NCBI GenBank assembly: GCA_964436255.1
Contig: CAYTBW010000005.1
Span: forward strand, 6,374-70,373
DNA: 64,000 nucleotides
Direction of reading: 5' to 3'
Source of the DNA: an uncultured Candidatus Saccharibacteria bacterium
GTDB taxonomy: Bacteria > Patescibacteriota > Saccharimonadia > CAILAD01 > JADZBC01
Below, in pieces: positions 1-9,651 of the stretch (positions are counted from its first letter, which is position 1; every line of letters starts with the position of its first letter). Made by a program: the position numbers and the translations under genes. The notes beneath the pieces are model-generated. The model did no database searches. It saw only the letters and a program-made list of their open reading frames with translations, and was not told where the DNA came from.

Positions 1-41
1 TTATTCTTACATCAAACGTTTTAAGATGTAAGGAGTAAGCA

Positions 42-1130
42 GTGAGTACAGCAACAGTAGAAAAATCAGTAACGAAGAACGTAAAGGCGGAGAATACAAA
101 AGCAGTGAAAGACGATAAGACAGAATCAAAAGCACCAGGCGGGGAAAAGGCAGCACGATTGCGGGCAGTTGATCTCGCAGTAGAGCAAATCGAGCGTCAG
201 TTTGGTAAAGGCTCAATCATGAAGCTTGGTGAAGGCGCCAAGGTGCATGTAAAGACCTTCTCGACTGGGAGTTTGTCACTCGATATCGCGCTGGGTGGAG
301 GCATCCCCGAAGGCCGCATCGTAGAGATCTATGGCCCAGAATCAAGTGGTAAAACTACGCTGGCATTACACGCTGTAGCAGAGATTCAAAAGAAGGGCGG
401 CACAGCTGCATTCATAGACGCCGAGCATGCCTTGGACCCAGAGTATGCTGGCAAGATCGGAGTAAACCTAGACAATCTCCTAATCTCGCAGCCAGATAAC
501 GGCGAGCAAGCATTGGAGATATGTGAGACACTAGTACGCTCTAGTGCGGTTGATTTGGTGATCGTAGACTCTGTAGCAGCGTTGGTACCTCGTGCCGAGA
601 TCGAAGGCGACATGGGTGACGCGCAGATGGGCTTACAAGCTCGATTAATGAGCCAGGCCATGCGTAAGCTCACCGGTGTGATTAGTAAGTCCAATACTAC
701 GGTCATCTTTATTAATCAGCTACGCATGAAGATTGGTGTCATGTTTGGCAACCCAGAAGTCACTGCCGGCGGAAATGCTCTGAAGTACTACGCATCGGTA
801 CGACTCGACATCCGACGTAGCGAGCAGCTCAAAGACGGCGATACTCCGATTGGAAACCATGTAAAGGTGAAGGTTGTGAAGAACAAGATTGCCGCGCCGT
901 TCAAGGTCGCTGAGTTCGACATCATGTATAACGAAGGGATCTCTAAGGCAGGGGATATGATTGATCTAGCTGTTAAGCACAACATGGTGGTTAAATCAGG
1001 AGCTTGGTATTCGTACAAGGACGAGAAGATTGGCCAGGGTCGTGAAGCGGCAAAGACCTTCCTAAAGGAAAACCCTAAGGCCATGGAAGAGATCGAAAAG
1101 GCCATTCGTGCAGAACTAGACATTAAGTAG
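42..1130 (+). CDS. recA: Recombinase RecA
   Basis: GPESSGKTT Walker [20 protein letters not shown] and [14 protein letters not shown] motifs; Lys/Glu-rich N-terminal extension. Confidence 0.99.
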   Translation: MSTATVEKSVTKNVKAENTKAVKDDKTESKAPGGEKAARLRAVDLAVEQIERQFGKGSIMKLGEGAKVHVKTFSTGSLSLDIALGGGIPEGRIVEIYGPESSGKTTLALHAVAEIQKKGGTAAFIDAEHALDPEYAGKIGVNLDNLLISQPDNGEQALEICETLVRSSAVDLVIVDSVAALVPRAEIEGDMGDAQMGLQARLMSQAMRKLTGVISKSNTTVIFINQLRMKIGVMFGNPEVTAGGNALKYYASVRLDIRRSEQLKDGDTPIGNHVKVKVVKNKIAAPFKVAEFDIMYNEGISKAGDMIDLAVKHNMVVKSGAWYSYKDEKIGQGREAAKTFLKENPKAMEEIEKAIRAELDIK

Positions 1131-1144
1131 CCTCCACTTGGCTT

Positions 1145-1795
1145 ATGCCGCAAATTACCAATATATCGTCACAAAGAAGAAACGCCGATATTTATAACAT
1201 AGAGGTTGATGGTAAGTTTATATGTGGCTTGGGTGCCCTCGAAGTAAGCAGCAGAGGCCTGCGAGTAGGGCAGAATCTAGAGAAAGCAGAGATTGAACAG
1301 CTTATTTTGTCCTCTCTGGGAGCCAAGGCCTATAACGCGGCGTTGAGATATCTGAGCTATCGGCCGCGTAGCGAATTTGAGGTCAAAGACTACCTGGCTC
1401 GTAAGGATTATAGTCCCGAGATGATCACTCTAACTTTAGACAGGCTTACAGGGGCACGGTTTGTCAACGACGAAGACTTCGCTCGGTCTTGGGTTCGTAG
1501 CAGACAATCTGCTAAGCCAAAATCAAAACGTGCCCTAAGTGCTGAGCTTGCTAAAAAGCGAGTACCACGCGACATCGTAGACATGGTGTTAGCCGACGTG
1601 GAGGACGAGGACGAATTATCTTCTCTAAAAGAAGTCGCCCTTAAGAAGACCAAGCTAGCCAGGTACTCTAGCGACAAACAAAAACTGACCCAGTATCTTC
1701 TAGGTCAGGGCTACAAATATAGTGATGTACGGGCTGTGCTCGAGGAGTTAGCGACTCATGACGACAAAACGGATTACAGTTCCAATAACAGCTAG
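1145..1795 (+). CDS. recX: RecX regulatory protein
   Basis: Directly after recA; ALRYLSYRPRSEFEV and VNDEDFARSWV RecX-type helical repeats. Confidence 0.9.
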   Translation: MPQITNISSQRRNADIYNIEVDGKFICGLGALEVSSRGLRVGQNLEKAEIEQLILSSLGAKAYNAALRYLSYRPRSEFEVKDYLARKDYSPEMITLTLDRLTGARFVNDEDFARSWVRSRQSAKPKSKRALSAELAKKRVPRDIVDMVLADVEDEDELSSLKEVALKKTKLARYSSDKQKLTQYLLGQGYKYSDVRAVLEELATHDDKTDYSSNNS

Positions 1796-1850
1796 CCACA
1801 TAAGAGCTACAATCAAATCACCCTCCTCACTTAGATGTAATTAGTATAGG

Positions 1851-2375
1851 CTAGGCTATGTTCTTGGGCAAGGGGATCGTAAGCGGTTTGCGTACGCGGT
1901 TGCGTAGGTCTCGTACTGTGATCTTTTTACTTTCGGCGCTAACAACATCTACAAGGTCAATGATCTGCTCTTGCTGCAGGGGGTTTCCGAAGAGCCCCGC
2001 AGTTACATATAGCTTGGCTATTTGCCAACTTGTGTCGTCAATTGCATAGTTTGTGACCTTGCCAAGTTTTTTACGACTTTCTGTTACAACGCTGCATCCG
2101 ATGGGATCGAAGTTCTGTGCTATGAGTTCCTGGTGTCGCAGCAGGTCGTCTTTGTCAGATAGCTTTTCTTCGGCATCGATGATCACGCGCTGTCCACTCA
2201 CGAAGCGAATGTCGCCCGGCATTAGGTATGACCGGCCTTGAAGTTCATCTATCGCCAGTAAGCTAATGGTGAGCTTACTGGGGTCGACTACAAAGCTGGC
2301 GATTCTGCCACATGGCATGCCAGACTGTACACTGGCTACGGTGGAGCCGATAAACTGTTCGCGAAATATAAGCAT
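1851..2375 (-). CDS. Tandem PRC-barrel domain protein
   Basis: Two PRC-like repeats (VASVQSG..GRIASFVVD; VVTESRKKLGKVTNYAID); start placed at ATG 2375, 6 nt after a TATAAT. Confidence 0.7.
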   Translation of the reverse strand: MLIFREQFIGSTVASVQSGMPCGRIASFVVDPSKLTISLLAIDELQGRSYLMPGDIRFVSGQRVIIDAEEKLSDKDDLLRHQELIAQNFDPIGCSVVTESRKKLGKVTNYAIDDTSWQIAKLYVTAGLFGNPLQQEQIIDLVDVVSAESKKITVRDLRNRVRKPLTIPLPKNIA

Positions 2376-2528
2376 GAGCTTATTATAGCGCGCCGACAGG
2401 TTGACCAAAAGCCCTTTATAAGGTAAAATAACTCGGTATTAACTAACCTTTTTGTTGTAGCGCACCTAGAGCAAAGACTACAGCAAAGGTCGACAAAGTC
2501 GGCCAAGCCAAAGAAAGGATTACAGCAT

Positions 2529-2909
2529 ATGCGTAATTATGAGATTGCTATCGTACTGCACCCAGATCTCGAAATCGATATCGAAAGTGCAACAAGCAAA
2601 GTAGAGAAGATCATTGAACTTGCCAAAGGCAAGATTGTCAAAAAAGATAACTGGGGTAAGCGCAAACTTGCCTATAAGATCAAGAAGCAAGATTGGGGTA
2701 TCTACGTGTTCTACAACGTACAGCTAGATCCGTCAGCCGTAGCCCAGATCGAAGGAACACTTCGCATTACTGAAGAAGTCATGCGCTATCTCATCGTTTC
2801 GTTAGAAAACACACGACTTGTGAGCAAAACTACTCAGCAGAACACAGAGCCAGAGCAAAAAGACGGCGAAAAAGAGAGTAAAGTAGAAAGTACTAAGGAG
2901 GACAAGTAA
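2529..2909 (+). CDS. rpsF: 30S ribosomal protein S6
   Basis: MRNYE..., WGKRKLAYKIKK, EEVMRYLIV; rpsF-ssb-rpsR order. Confidence 0.97.
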   Translation: MRNYEIAIVLHPDLEIDIESATSKVEKIIELAKGKIVKKDNWGKRKLAYKIKKQDWGIYVFYNVQLDPSAVAQIEGTLRITEEVMRYLIVSLENTRLVSKTTQQNTEPEQKDGEKESKVESTKEDK

Positions 2910-3376
2910 TGGCACAGGGATTCAACCAGGCAATCGTAATGGGCAACCTAACTCGTGACCCAGAGCTCCGAACAACGCCGAGCGGACAGTCAGTAGCAGG
3001 CTTTGCAGTGGCTACTAACCGTAACTGGACCGATCCATCGGGTGAGAAGAAAGAAGCAGTGGAGTACCACGATATTGTAGCTTGGGGAAAGCTCGGCGAG
3101 CTCGCCAGTAACTACCTTTCTAAAGGCCGCAAAGTACTCGTAACTGGTCGTTTGCAGACACGCTCTTGGGAAACTGATGGTGTAAAGCGCCAAAAGACCG
3201 AGATCGTAGCAACCGACATCAACTTCCTAGACCGAGCTGGCGACGGTGGTGGTGAATATACCCCTGCAGCGAACCAGGGCCCAACTGAAACTAAAAAGCC
3301 TGCCAAGAAAAGCGATGACGTGATCATCGAAGACATGGGCGAAGGCGAAATTAACCTAGACGACATACCATTCTAA
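2909..3376 (+). CDS. ssb: Single-stranded DNA-binding protein
   Basis: [19 protein letters not shown]-terminal DDIPF. Confidence 0.98.
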   Translation: MAQGFNQAIVMGNLTRDPELRTTPSGQSVAGFAVATNRNWTDPSGEKKEAVEYHDIVAWGKLGELASNYLSKGRKVLVTGRLQTRSWETDGVKRQKTEIVATDINFLDRAGDGGGEYTPAANQGPTETKKPAKKSDDVIIEDMGEGEINLDDIPF

Positions 3377-3383
3377 GGAGAAT

Positions 3384-3599
3384 ATGATGGCAGAATACCG
3401 AAAGCAAAACCGATTCTACTCTGAAAAGATTAGTTTCATTGATTACAAAGACGTTAAGCTCTTGCAGAGATACCTAGGCCCAACCGGCAAGATCGAATCT
3501 CGCAAACGCACCGGAGCATCTATGAAGCACCAACGCATGTTGGCCACCGCACTCAAGCGCGCACGCCACATTGGCTTGCTTCCATACGTAGTACGCTAG
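3384..3599 (+). CDS. rpsR: 30S ribosomal protein S18 (Cys-free type)
   Basis: [28 protein letters not shown]. Confidence 0.97.
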   Translation: MMAEYRKQNRFYSEKISFIDYKDVKLLQRYLGPTGKIESRKRTGASMKHQRMLATALKRARHIGLLPYVVR

Positions 3600-3608
3600 G
3601 CTTAGCGC

Positions 3609-4169
3609 ATGTACGGAATCACCGATCTACGTAAAGACACGCTAATAGATATTGACGGTACGCCATACCGCGTAACGGAGTATTCACATACCCAGATGGG
3701 TCGTGGCGGAGCAACCGTGAAGGTAAAGATTAAGAACTTACTGGACGGTAGTGTACTAGAAAAGGCCTTCAAAACTAACGAGAAGATATCTCCAGCTAGC
3801 ATTGATCGTAGCCAACTCCAGTTCCTGTACGCCAATGGCAAGGACCTGGCATTTATGGACATGGCGAGCTTTGACCAGTACGAAGTACCAGCTAGTGTGG
3901 ACGATGCAGTGCTCAAATATTTCCCGGAAGGGGCAGAAATCACTGGTCTCATTTATAACGGCCAAGTTATTGGCTTTGATTTGCCCAAGAACACAGTAAT
4001 AAAAGTTACCGAAACACCAGGTGGGGCTAAGGGCAACACCAGTAGTGGCGGCACTAAGCCCGCTACGCTCGAAACAGGCATCGAGGTGCAAGTGCCAATG
4101 TTCATTAAGGTTGGTGATGGAGTGAAAGTTGATACTCGCACTGGGCAATATCTAGAACGCGCAAAGTAA
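3609..4169 (+). CDS. efp: Elongation factor P
   Basis: KPATLETG..VQVPMFI..GD.VKVDTRTGQYLER C-terminal signature; tip loop reads MGRGGA. Confidence 0.96.
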   Translation: MYGITDLRKDTLIDIDGTPYRVTEYSHTQMGRGGATVKVKIKNLLDGSVLEKAFKTNEKISPASIDRSQLQFLYANGKDLAFMDMASFDQYEVPASVDDAVLKYFPEGAEITGLIYNGQVIGFDLPKNTVIKVTETPGGAKGNTSSGGTKPATLETGIEVQVPMFIKVGDGVKVDTRTGQYLERAK

Positions 4170-4217
4170 TACATCTTAAAAGGGACGAACACGTTCCTTT
4201 TTTGCTATGCTATAAGT

Positions 4218-4682
4218 ATGTATCGATCGCCCGCACACTTTTCTAGGAGTCAAGCCGAGCGTAATAATCAAATGTTGTCATGGGCTCGTGATGATAAATC
4301 CTTCTTTGCTTCAGGCGCCTGTCATATTCTGGCTTACACGTTTTTCTCGCTGCATCCAGATAAAGAACTTGAGATCGTTTTTCTGAGGCCAGCTGGTACG
4401 GCGAGTGGTGGCACTATTGGCTGCCATGCCTACGTTCGCCAAGGATCTTGGGCGTTTGATTTCCAGGGCTGGACTTTAGAATCGGAATTATTATCAGTTA
4501 CGAGACAGGATTGGCAGGATAGAGTTCCGGGTTGGGATTACACTACAGAGGTAGTAACTGATGACCTTGAGACTTTCTGTAGTAAGACAAACCATAGGCC
4601 GCCGGCCTACTTTGCCTTTTTACCATGGGCGAGAACTTACAATTATATTGCCCAGTTTGAAGACGGGCCGCCTAGCTACTGA
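4218..4682 (+). CDS. Hypothetical protein with a possible Cys-His-Asp (papain/transglutaminase-like) triad
   Basis: 154-aa ORF with GACHILA...GCHAYV...AFDFQG. Confidence 0.6.
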   Translation: MYRSPAHFSRSQAERNNQMLSWARDDKSFFASGACHILAYTFFSLHPDKELEIVFLRPAGTASGGTIGCHAYVRQGSWAFDFQGWTLESELLSVTRQDWQDRVPGWDYTTEVVTDDLETFCSKTNHRPPAYFAFLPWARTYNYIAQFEDGPPSY

Positions 4683-5745
4683 ATCGAAACACGACAACGT
4701 CGCCGTCATGCATTACGTAGTCTTTGCCCTCTAGGCGAGTCTTGCCGACAGCCTTAGCTTCGGCAAATCCGCCTGCAGCAATGAGGTCATCGTAGCCAGT
4801 TACCTCGGCTTTAATAAATCCTTTTTCAAAATCAGTATGGATTACTCCAGCGGCTTGCGGGGCAGTGGCACCAACCGGAATAGTCCAGGCACGCGTTTCC
4901 TTGGGCCCGGTAGTAAGGTAGGTTTGCAAGTCGAGGATACGGAAGCTAATTTGCACCAGGCTATCAAGGCCACTTTGTTCTTGGCCAAGGCTTTGGAGTA
5001 GCTCGCTAGCTTCCTCGTCGGGTAGGTCTTGAAGCTCTGCTTCGATCTTGGCGCACAGGAACACAACGGGGGAGTTGCCAGCTAGTTTGGCTAGCTCGGC
5101 CTGTTTAGCCTTGTCGGCCAGCCCCGCTTCATCGAGGTTAAACACATAAATGAATGGCTTGGCAGTTAGGAGCTGCAGGTCGGCGATCGATTCTGGCAGC
5201 TCGCTATACGTGTGGCTAATCAACTCTCCATTATCGAGACTCGCGTTGATTTCTTGCAATTCGGCGACTATCGCACCAGCCTTAGGGTTGGTCTTTGCTT
5301 CGCGCTGTGTGGCTTCAATGCGCTTTTGCACCGTGGTAATGTCGGCTAAACACAACTCAGTTTTAATAGCATCAATGTCGTCCTGCGGATCAACTTTACC
5401 TTCTACGTGAATTACGTTGTCGTCATCAAATGCCCGCACGACTTGTATAATCGCATTTGTTTCACGAATGTTCGCGAGGAACTTGTTACCAAGTCCTGCT
5501 CCTTCAGACGCCCCACGCACAATGCCGGCGATATCCACGAATGTTACAGTTGCGGGTAGGGTGTCGATGGAGCCGGATATGCCAGCGAGCTTTGCCAGGC
5601 GCTTGTCAGGCACTGCTACAATACCAACGTTTGGTTCGATTGTGGCGAACGGATAGTTGGCTGCTAAAATGTTGTTTTTGGTTAGGGCATTAAATAGCGT
5701 GGACTTACCGACGTTTGGTAGACCCACGATGCCGAGGGATAGCAT
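4672..5745 (-). CDS. ychF: Redox-regulated ATPase YchF (start codon supplied by the integrated element)
   Basis: GIVGLPNVGKSTLFNALT, ANYPFATIEPN, DIAG, GLGNKFL, HTDFEKGFIKAE, EGKDYVMHDGD. Confidence 0.98.
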   Translation of the reverse strand: MLSLGIVGLPNVGKSTLFNALTKNNILAANYPFATIEPNVGIVAVPDKRLAKLAGISGSIDTLPATVTFVDIAGIVRGASEGAGLGNKFLANIRETNAIIQVVRAFDDDNVIHVEGKVDPQDDIDAIKTELCLADITTVQKRIEATQREAKTNPKAGAIVAELQEINASLDNGELISHTYSELPESIADLQLLTAKPFIYVFNLDEAGLADKAKQAELAKLAGNSPVVFLCAKIEAELQDLPDEEASELLQSLGQEQSGLDSLVQISFRILDLQTYLTTGPKETRAWTIPVGATAPQAAGVIHTDFEKGFIKAEVTGYDDLIAAGGFAEAKAVGKTRLEGKDYVMHDGDVVVFRFSS

Positions 5746-7300
5746 CTAAACCCACCTTTTCACTAATAGGTACTTTGATTGATCCATAAATTCTTACTTC
5801 CATCTTGTTAATTATGACCTTGTCGATGAGATTCCTCACTATTGGCAGTTTATCCGCTCCATCAAGCTGTGATATATGCTTGATTGCCGCCTCAGATAGC
5901 TCATCACAGTTTATATCAGATTGGTGCAGCTCATCAACTCTAGTCTCATTTTTTTTGCCGAGTTCTAATCGCAAACTCTTTATCTCATTTAGCTGTGAGA
6001 TGAGTTCGTGGTCTGTTATTCGGCCGGATCTATGGCGCTCATAACAATCAAGTTCCCTAGAGTCCAATTCGGCTCTAGCCCTACTATTATTCGCATTAGG
6101 CTTGGGCGCTCTGACCGTTGGCCTATTCTTGAGCCACTCCGATGCTAGTCCTGCGACGTATTCGTGATTAAAAAGCTTCTGAATCTCTCTCCACACTAGC
6201 TCGTCAATCATGGAGACTTTTTGCCCTCGCTCGGCACAAGTGGCGGGGCGAGGGAAGGAGTGCATCTTTTCATTGCACCTGTAATAAGAGAATCCATTTC
6301 CGGCAGTATCGCCCCTTCTAGTGTGTCCGCATGAGCAGTAGGTGAGTCCGCGCAATAAGTACTCGCGCTTAGTGTTCTTACGGCTGAACTTCTTGTTCTC
6401 TTCAAGGATGTCTTGAACCCTGTAAAAAATTTCATCGTCTAATATCTTTGGAATCTCGATTGAAATCCATTCGGACTCAGGTCTCGTTCGCCGGCTATTC
6501 TTCTTAATCCTTTTGTACGTCGTGTCTGCCCCATATTTAACGTCACCCACAACAGACTCCCTTTTATTGTATGCGTGCTGGCCAATATAGCTCTTGTTTC
6601 GAACTAGCCTCCTGATTGTGCTTTGCGCCCACGTCTCACTCATTCGCTTAGGAGGAGCGATTTTTTCTTGATCGAGTTTTCGTACTACGTCGTTGAGTGA
6701 GAGGTGATCTCTGACTATCCATGAAAAGATGTCACGTACAATTTTAGCCTCCCCCTCGTTAACCTGGAAGAACCCATTTTCTTTATTGCCTGATGTCCTT
6801 GAAATAGGGATATAGTCGTACCCGTACGGGGCATTGTATCCAAGTAGCTCCCCCCGCTTTACTTTTGATAGTTTCCCAAGTCTGAATCTCTCAGTAATCT
6901 TAGTGCGTTCATACTCTTGGAATAGCCCTAGAAAACTTTGTGTCATCTTCTCCTCGGGGGAGTTGCTTGTGCCATCTTTTAGGCTCGTAAACTCTATTCC
7001 TAGCTCTCCAAGTTCGCTGATAATGATTTCTTGGTGCACGAAGATTCTGGACAACCTACCTCTGTCATAGACATATACGGAATCAAATTTTTTAGATCTT
7101 GCATCCTGTCTGAGTCTATCGAGGCCGGGCCGTTCTAGTAGGGTACCGGTCCAGCCATCATCGCAGTAAATATTATCCTCGAGTAAAGCGAGGCCATCAC
7201 TTGAAATTCGCTTCATTATCTCTTCAAGTTGGACCTGGATGGTCTCGTCCTGCTCTTGCTTGGCAGTACTGACCCGGGCGTATAGGGCAGCTCTATTCAT
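5705..7300 (-). CDS. Large serine recombinase (resolvase + recombinase + zinc-ribbon domains)
   Basis: ALYARVST catalytic motif, ERPGLDRL, YDRGRLSR, APYGY, YLLRGLTYCSCG..YYRC; 531 aa. Confidence 0.95.
   Translation of the reverse strand: MNRAALYARVSTAKQEQDETIQVQLEEIMKRISSDGLALLEDNIYCDDGWTGTLLERPGLDRLRQDARSKKFDSVYVYDRGRLSRIFVHQEIIISELGELGIEFTSLKDGTSNSPEEKMTQSFLGLFQEYERTKITERFRLGKLSKVKRGELLGYNAPYGYDYIPISRTSGNKENGFFQVNEGEAKIVRDIFSWIVRDHLSLNDVVRKLDQEKIAPPKRMSETWAQSTIRRLVRNKSYIGQHAYNKRESVVGDVKYGADTTYKRIKKNSRRTRPESEWISIEIPKILDDEIFYRVQDILEENKKFSRKNTKREYLLRGLTYCSCGHTRRGDTAGNGFSYYRCNEKMHSFPRPATCAERGQKVSMIDELVWREIQKLFNHEYVAGLASEWLKNRPTVRAPKPNANNSRARAELDSRELDCYERHRSGRITDHELISQLNEIKSLRLELGKKNETRVDELHQSDINCDELSEAAIKHISQLDGADKLPIVRNLIDKVIINKMEVRIYGSIKVPISEKVGLDAIPRHRGSTKRR
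5729..5742. repeat. att core, copy 1 (within ychF codons 2-6 and the recombinase 3' end)
   Basis: ATGCCGAGGGATAG, identical to 11621-11634. Confidence 0.9.
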
Positions 7301-7502
7301 TTTCTATCGGTTGAACCTTAATCGTCGAGTTTTCGCCCAGGTATGTCTGGAGATCATCGTGGCTGATTCTATAATTTCTACCGACTTTGAGGGCCTTAAG
7401 TCGCTTAGCTTTAATTAAATCAAGTACGGTCTGCCAGTGCACTTTCATGAGCCCGGCGACTTCTGCAGTAGTGTAATATTGTGGGATGCGAGTTCGTCTC
7501 AT
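7293..7502 (-). CDS. Excisionase-like helix-turn-helix protein (MerR/HTH_17 type)
   Basis: YYTTAEVAGLMKVHWQTVLDLIKAKRLKALKVGRNYRI; overlaps the recombinase start. Confidence 0.88.
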   Translation of the reverse strand: MRRTRIPQYYTTAEVAGLMKVHWQTVLDLIKAKRLKALKVGRNYRISHDDLQTYLGENSTIKVQPIENE

Positions 7503-7552
7503 AATTTAGAACTAAGTAAAACCTAGTATTACCTCCTAATAATATGGTTATG

Positions 7553-7666
7553 CTACTTTGAAGTCAAGTTCATATATATCTTGCAGAATATCTTATTTAG
7601 TTCCGCATCGAGCAGAGCTTTTGATGGCTCTGCTTCGACGGAAACGATAGGCGTCTTGCTAGTCAT
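7553..7666 (-). CDS. Small hypothetical protein (37 aa)
   Basis: Hand translation MTSKTPIVSVEAEPSKALLDAELNKIFCKIYMNLTSK; start overlaps the RHH stop; below the ORF-track cutoff. Confidence 0.35.
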   Translation of the reverse strand: MTSKTPIVSVEAEPSKALLDAELNKIFCKIYMNLTSK

Positions 7667-7826
7667 TCTGGTTTGAGGTGAAGACATAGCCATGTACTCT
7701 CATATACTCATTCATTACCATTGTGACTAGCTCGCGCATAGAAATGTCTAGATCTATAGCCATATGCTTTATAGCTCTGTGCTCTTGTTCGGACACTCTT
7801 ATTGGCTTGCTTTTGATGTTATACAT
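7659..7826 (-). CDS. Ribbon-helix-helix DNA-binding protein (55 aa)
   Basis: Hand translation MYNIKSKPIRVSEQEHRAIKHMAIDLDISMRELVTMVMNEYMRVHGYVFTSNQND; beta-alpha-alpha pattern; SD AGGAGTAAGGGAG upstream. Confidence 0.7.
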   Translation of the reverse strand: MYNIKSKPIRVSEQEHRAIKHMAIDLDISMRELVTMVMNEYMRVHGYVFTSNQND

Positions 7827-8203
7827 TCTCCCTTACTCCTTGTTAATTTGTTTACAGTAATAACGCCAGGGGGATAGCCCTCCCTCGTACTCTGGTTCTG
7901 AAGTGGTGGGGCCATCTCCAGGAATGCTGTCCTGGTCATTTGTCCCACTTCGTCACCGTCATAGTCGGTCGGCCAGCAAATCCTAGATTTCTCTACCTCT
8001 TGCTGGTAAGGCCCTAAGTGCCTTTGCACTCATTAAGGAGTTTGTATATATACAGTCTGTTTCGTTGGTATTAAATTCACACAATATTTTTAGGACTAAA
8101 TAAAAACTAGTGAAACGAGCGAAGAACTGTCACTATATATACAAATTTTTATGACGCAAGGTGGTTGATTTTAAAAACTTATGACTTAGAGTAATATGTA
8201 TTA

Positions 8204-9433
8204 ATGAGTGAAGTAGTAAAGAAGGATCGACATATCAATAAATGGGGCACTAAGCGTATAGTAATTCTCGCCGCCATTTCAGGCATTGTAATTACTCTTC
8301 TGGGTTATCTCCTGACTGCGTATTACCAAAAATGGCCACCATTCAAACCCGAAATAGCACGCTATGTTGTCGTGAAGTCAGCAGGGCTAGAATCCAACAA
8401 TATTAAGTCCTTATATCGGGACTATGGTGGGGCAGTTCTATACGCTATAGCGGATACGTCATTGTATAAGAGTAGCGATGAGGGCCTTACATGGAGGAAC
8501 ATCTCATCGAAAATTGAGTCTCCTGAGGAACAATATGCAAGTAAATTAGTAGTTACCCCAGATGCTATATTCGTGCTCAATGGCACCAGAGTTTATTACA
8601 GTAAAGATAAGGGGGAAAGCTGGAAGCCAGCCTCCCCAAATAACATTTATGTAAAGAATTTTGCCGCCAGTCCTGCTCACCTAGCTCTTCAATACTCCGA
8701 GAGCGTAATCCGTGTGATAAGCACAGTTGATGTGATTGATTATTCGACAGATTCGGATATGGCGTCCGTCTGGCAGGATTATTCAAAGGTGATAAGTACA
8801 CCAGAATCAGTATATACGTGTGAGCCTTTTGATGATCCAGTTAACTGCCCATCTGACAATCTAGTCTCGTCCAATCAAAGCGTCCTGTATTTAACAGATG
8901 ACAATTCACTATACAGGCTGTCGCAAGGCCTAGACAAGAGCTCTGAGGAGCTTAAGCTCAAAGACCAGATAACTTGGGAGCAGATCAAAGGCTTTTATGA
9001 ATCGGGCAAGAGCGTAGGGGCGACTGGCCGACTACTAAAGGACCCTTTTGTCTTTACTGCACGAAAGATTACCTCATCCGATCTAAGCAAATATCAACCC
9101 GAAGAGCTAATGATGCTCCAAGGCGGCTCGGCATGGAAGTCCCTGGGCTTTTACCCAGAAGGATGTGATGATAAGGCAGTGAGAATCGCTTACCGAGCCT
9201 ATTGTTTTGAAACTTTAACAGATGAGATACTCATTAGGACTTTGTCTGCAAGCACTAAGGGTGGCAAGGCCAACCCTGTCGCCAGGGTAGAAAAAGGGAG
9301 TCTCTCTAACGACCCTGTAGCGGTTATGGCGCTCGGCACAGGAGAACCAGTCAGCGCCTTACCCAAAATGGTCTGGGCAAGCAAAGACCAGGGTCTATTT
9401 GTTTTGAGCCCTGTAGAACAGGCGTCAAAGTAG
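8204..9433 (+). CDS. Membrane-anchored BNR/Asp-box beta-propeller-like protein
   Basis: N-terminal TM helix; Asp-box motifs YKSSDEGLTW and YYSKDKGESW. Confidence 0.7.
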   Translation: MSEVVKKDRHINKWGTKRIVILAAISGIVITLLGYLLTAYYQKWPPFKPEIARYVVVKSAGLESNNIKSLYRDYGGAVLYAIADTSLYKSSDEGLTWRNISSKIESPEEQYASKLVVTPDAIFVLNGTRVYYSKDKGESWKPASPNNIYVKNFAASPAHLALQYSESVIRVISTVDVIDYSTDSDMASVWQDYSKVISTPESVYTCEPFDDPVNCPSDNLVSSNQSVLYLTDDNSLYRLSQGLDKSSEELKLKDQITWEQIKGFYESGKSVGATGRLLKDPFVFTARKITSSDLSKYQPEELMMLQGGSAWKSLGFYPEGCDDKAVRIAYRAYCFETLTDEILIRTLSASTKGGKANPVARVEKGSLSNDPVAVMALGTGEPVSALPKMVWASKDQGLFVLSPVEQASK

Positions 9434-9651
9434 GCAGACTACTTTGAGCGTACCCCCATCAATAAATTCTATAAGCTGTAAAGTGTCATCTAATTTCGTT
9501 TTTTCGTCCGTCTGGGGTGTTTGTACCTTTTCGGAATTCAAACGATTTTAAAGGCCTTGTTCTACCTGTAAAGAATTCTTAGAATCGATTTCTATTAGTT
9601 CTTGTATGCCTTCATAGATATTGCTAATTCTGTGATAGTATATGCCTAACT

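Noticed and set aside
2446-2490. S6:S18 autoregulatory leader before rpsF
   Set aside because: A hairpin is present, but I could not identify the diagnostic motif with confidence.
7799-8029. 76-aa ORF in the element
   Set aside because: It overlaps the better-supported RHH gene and its SD, and has no motif.
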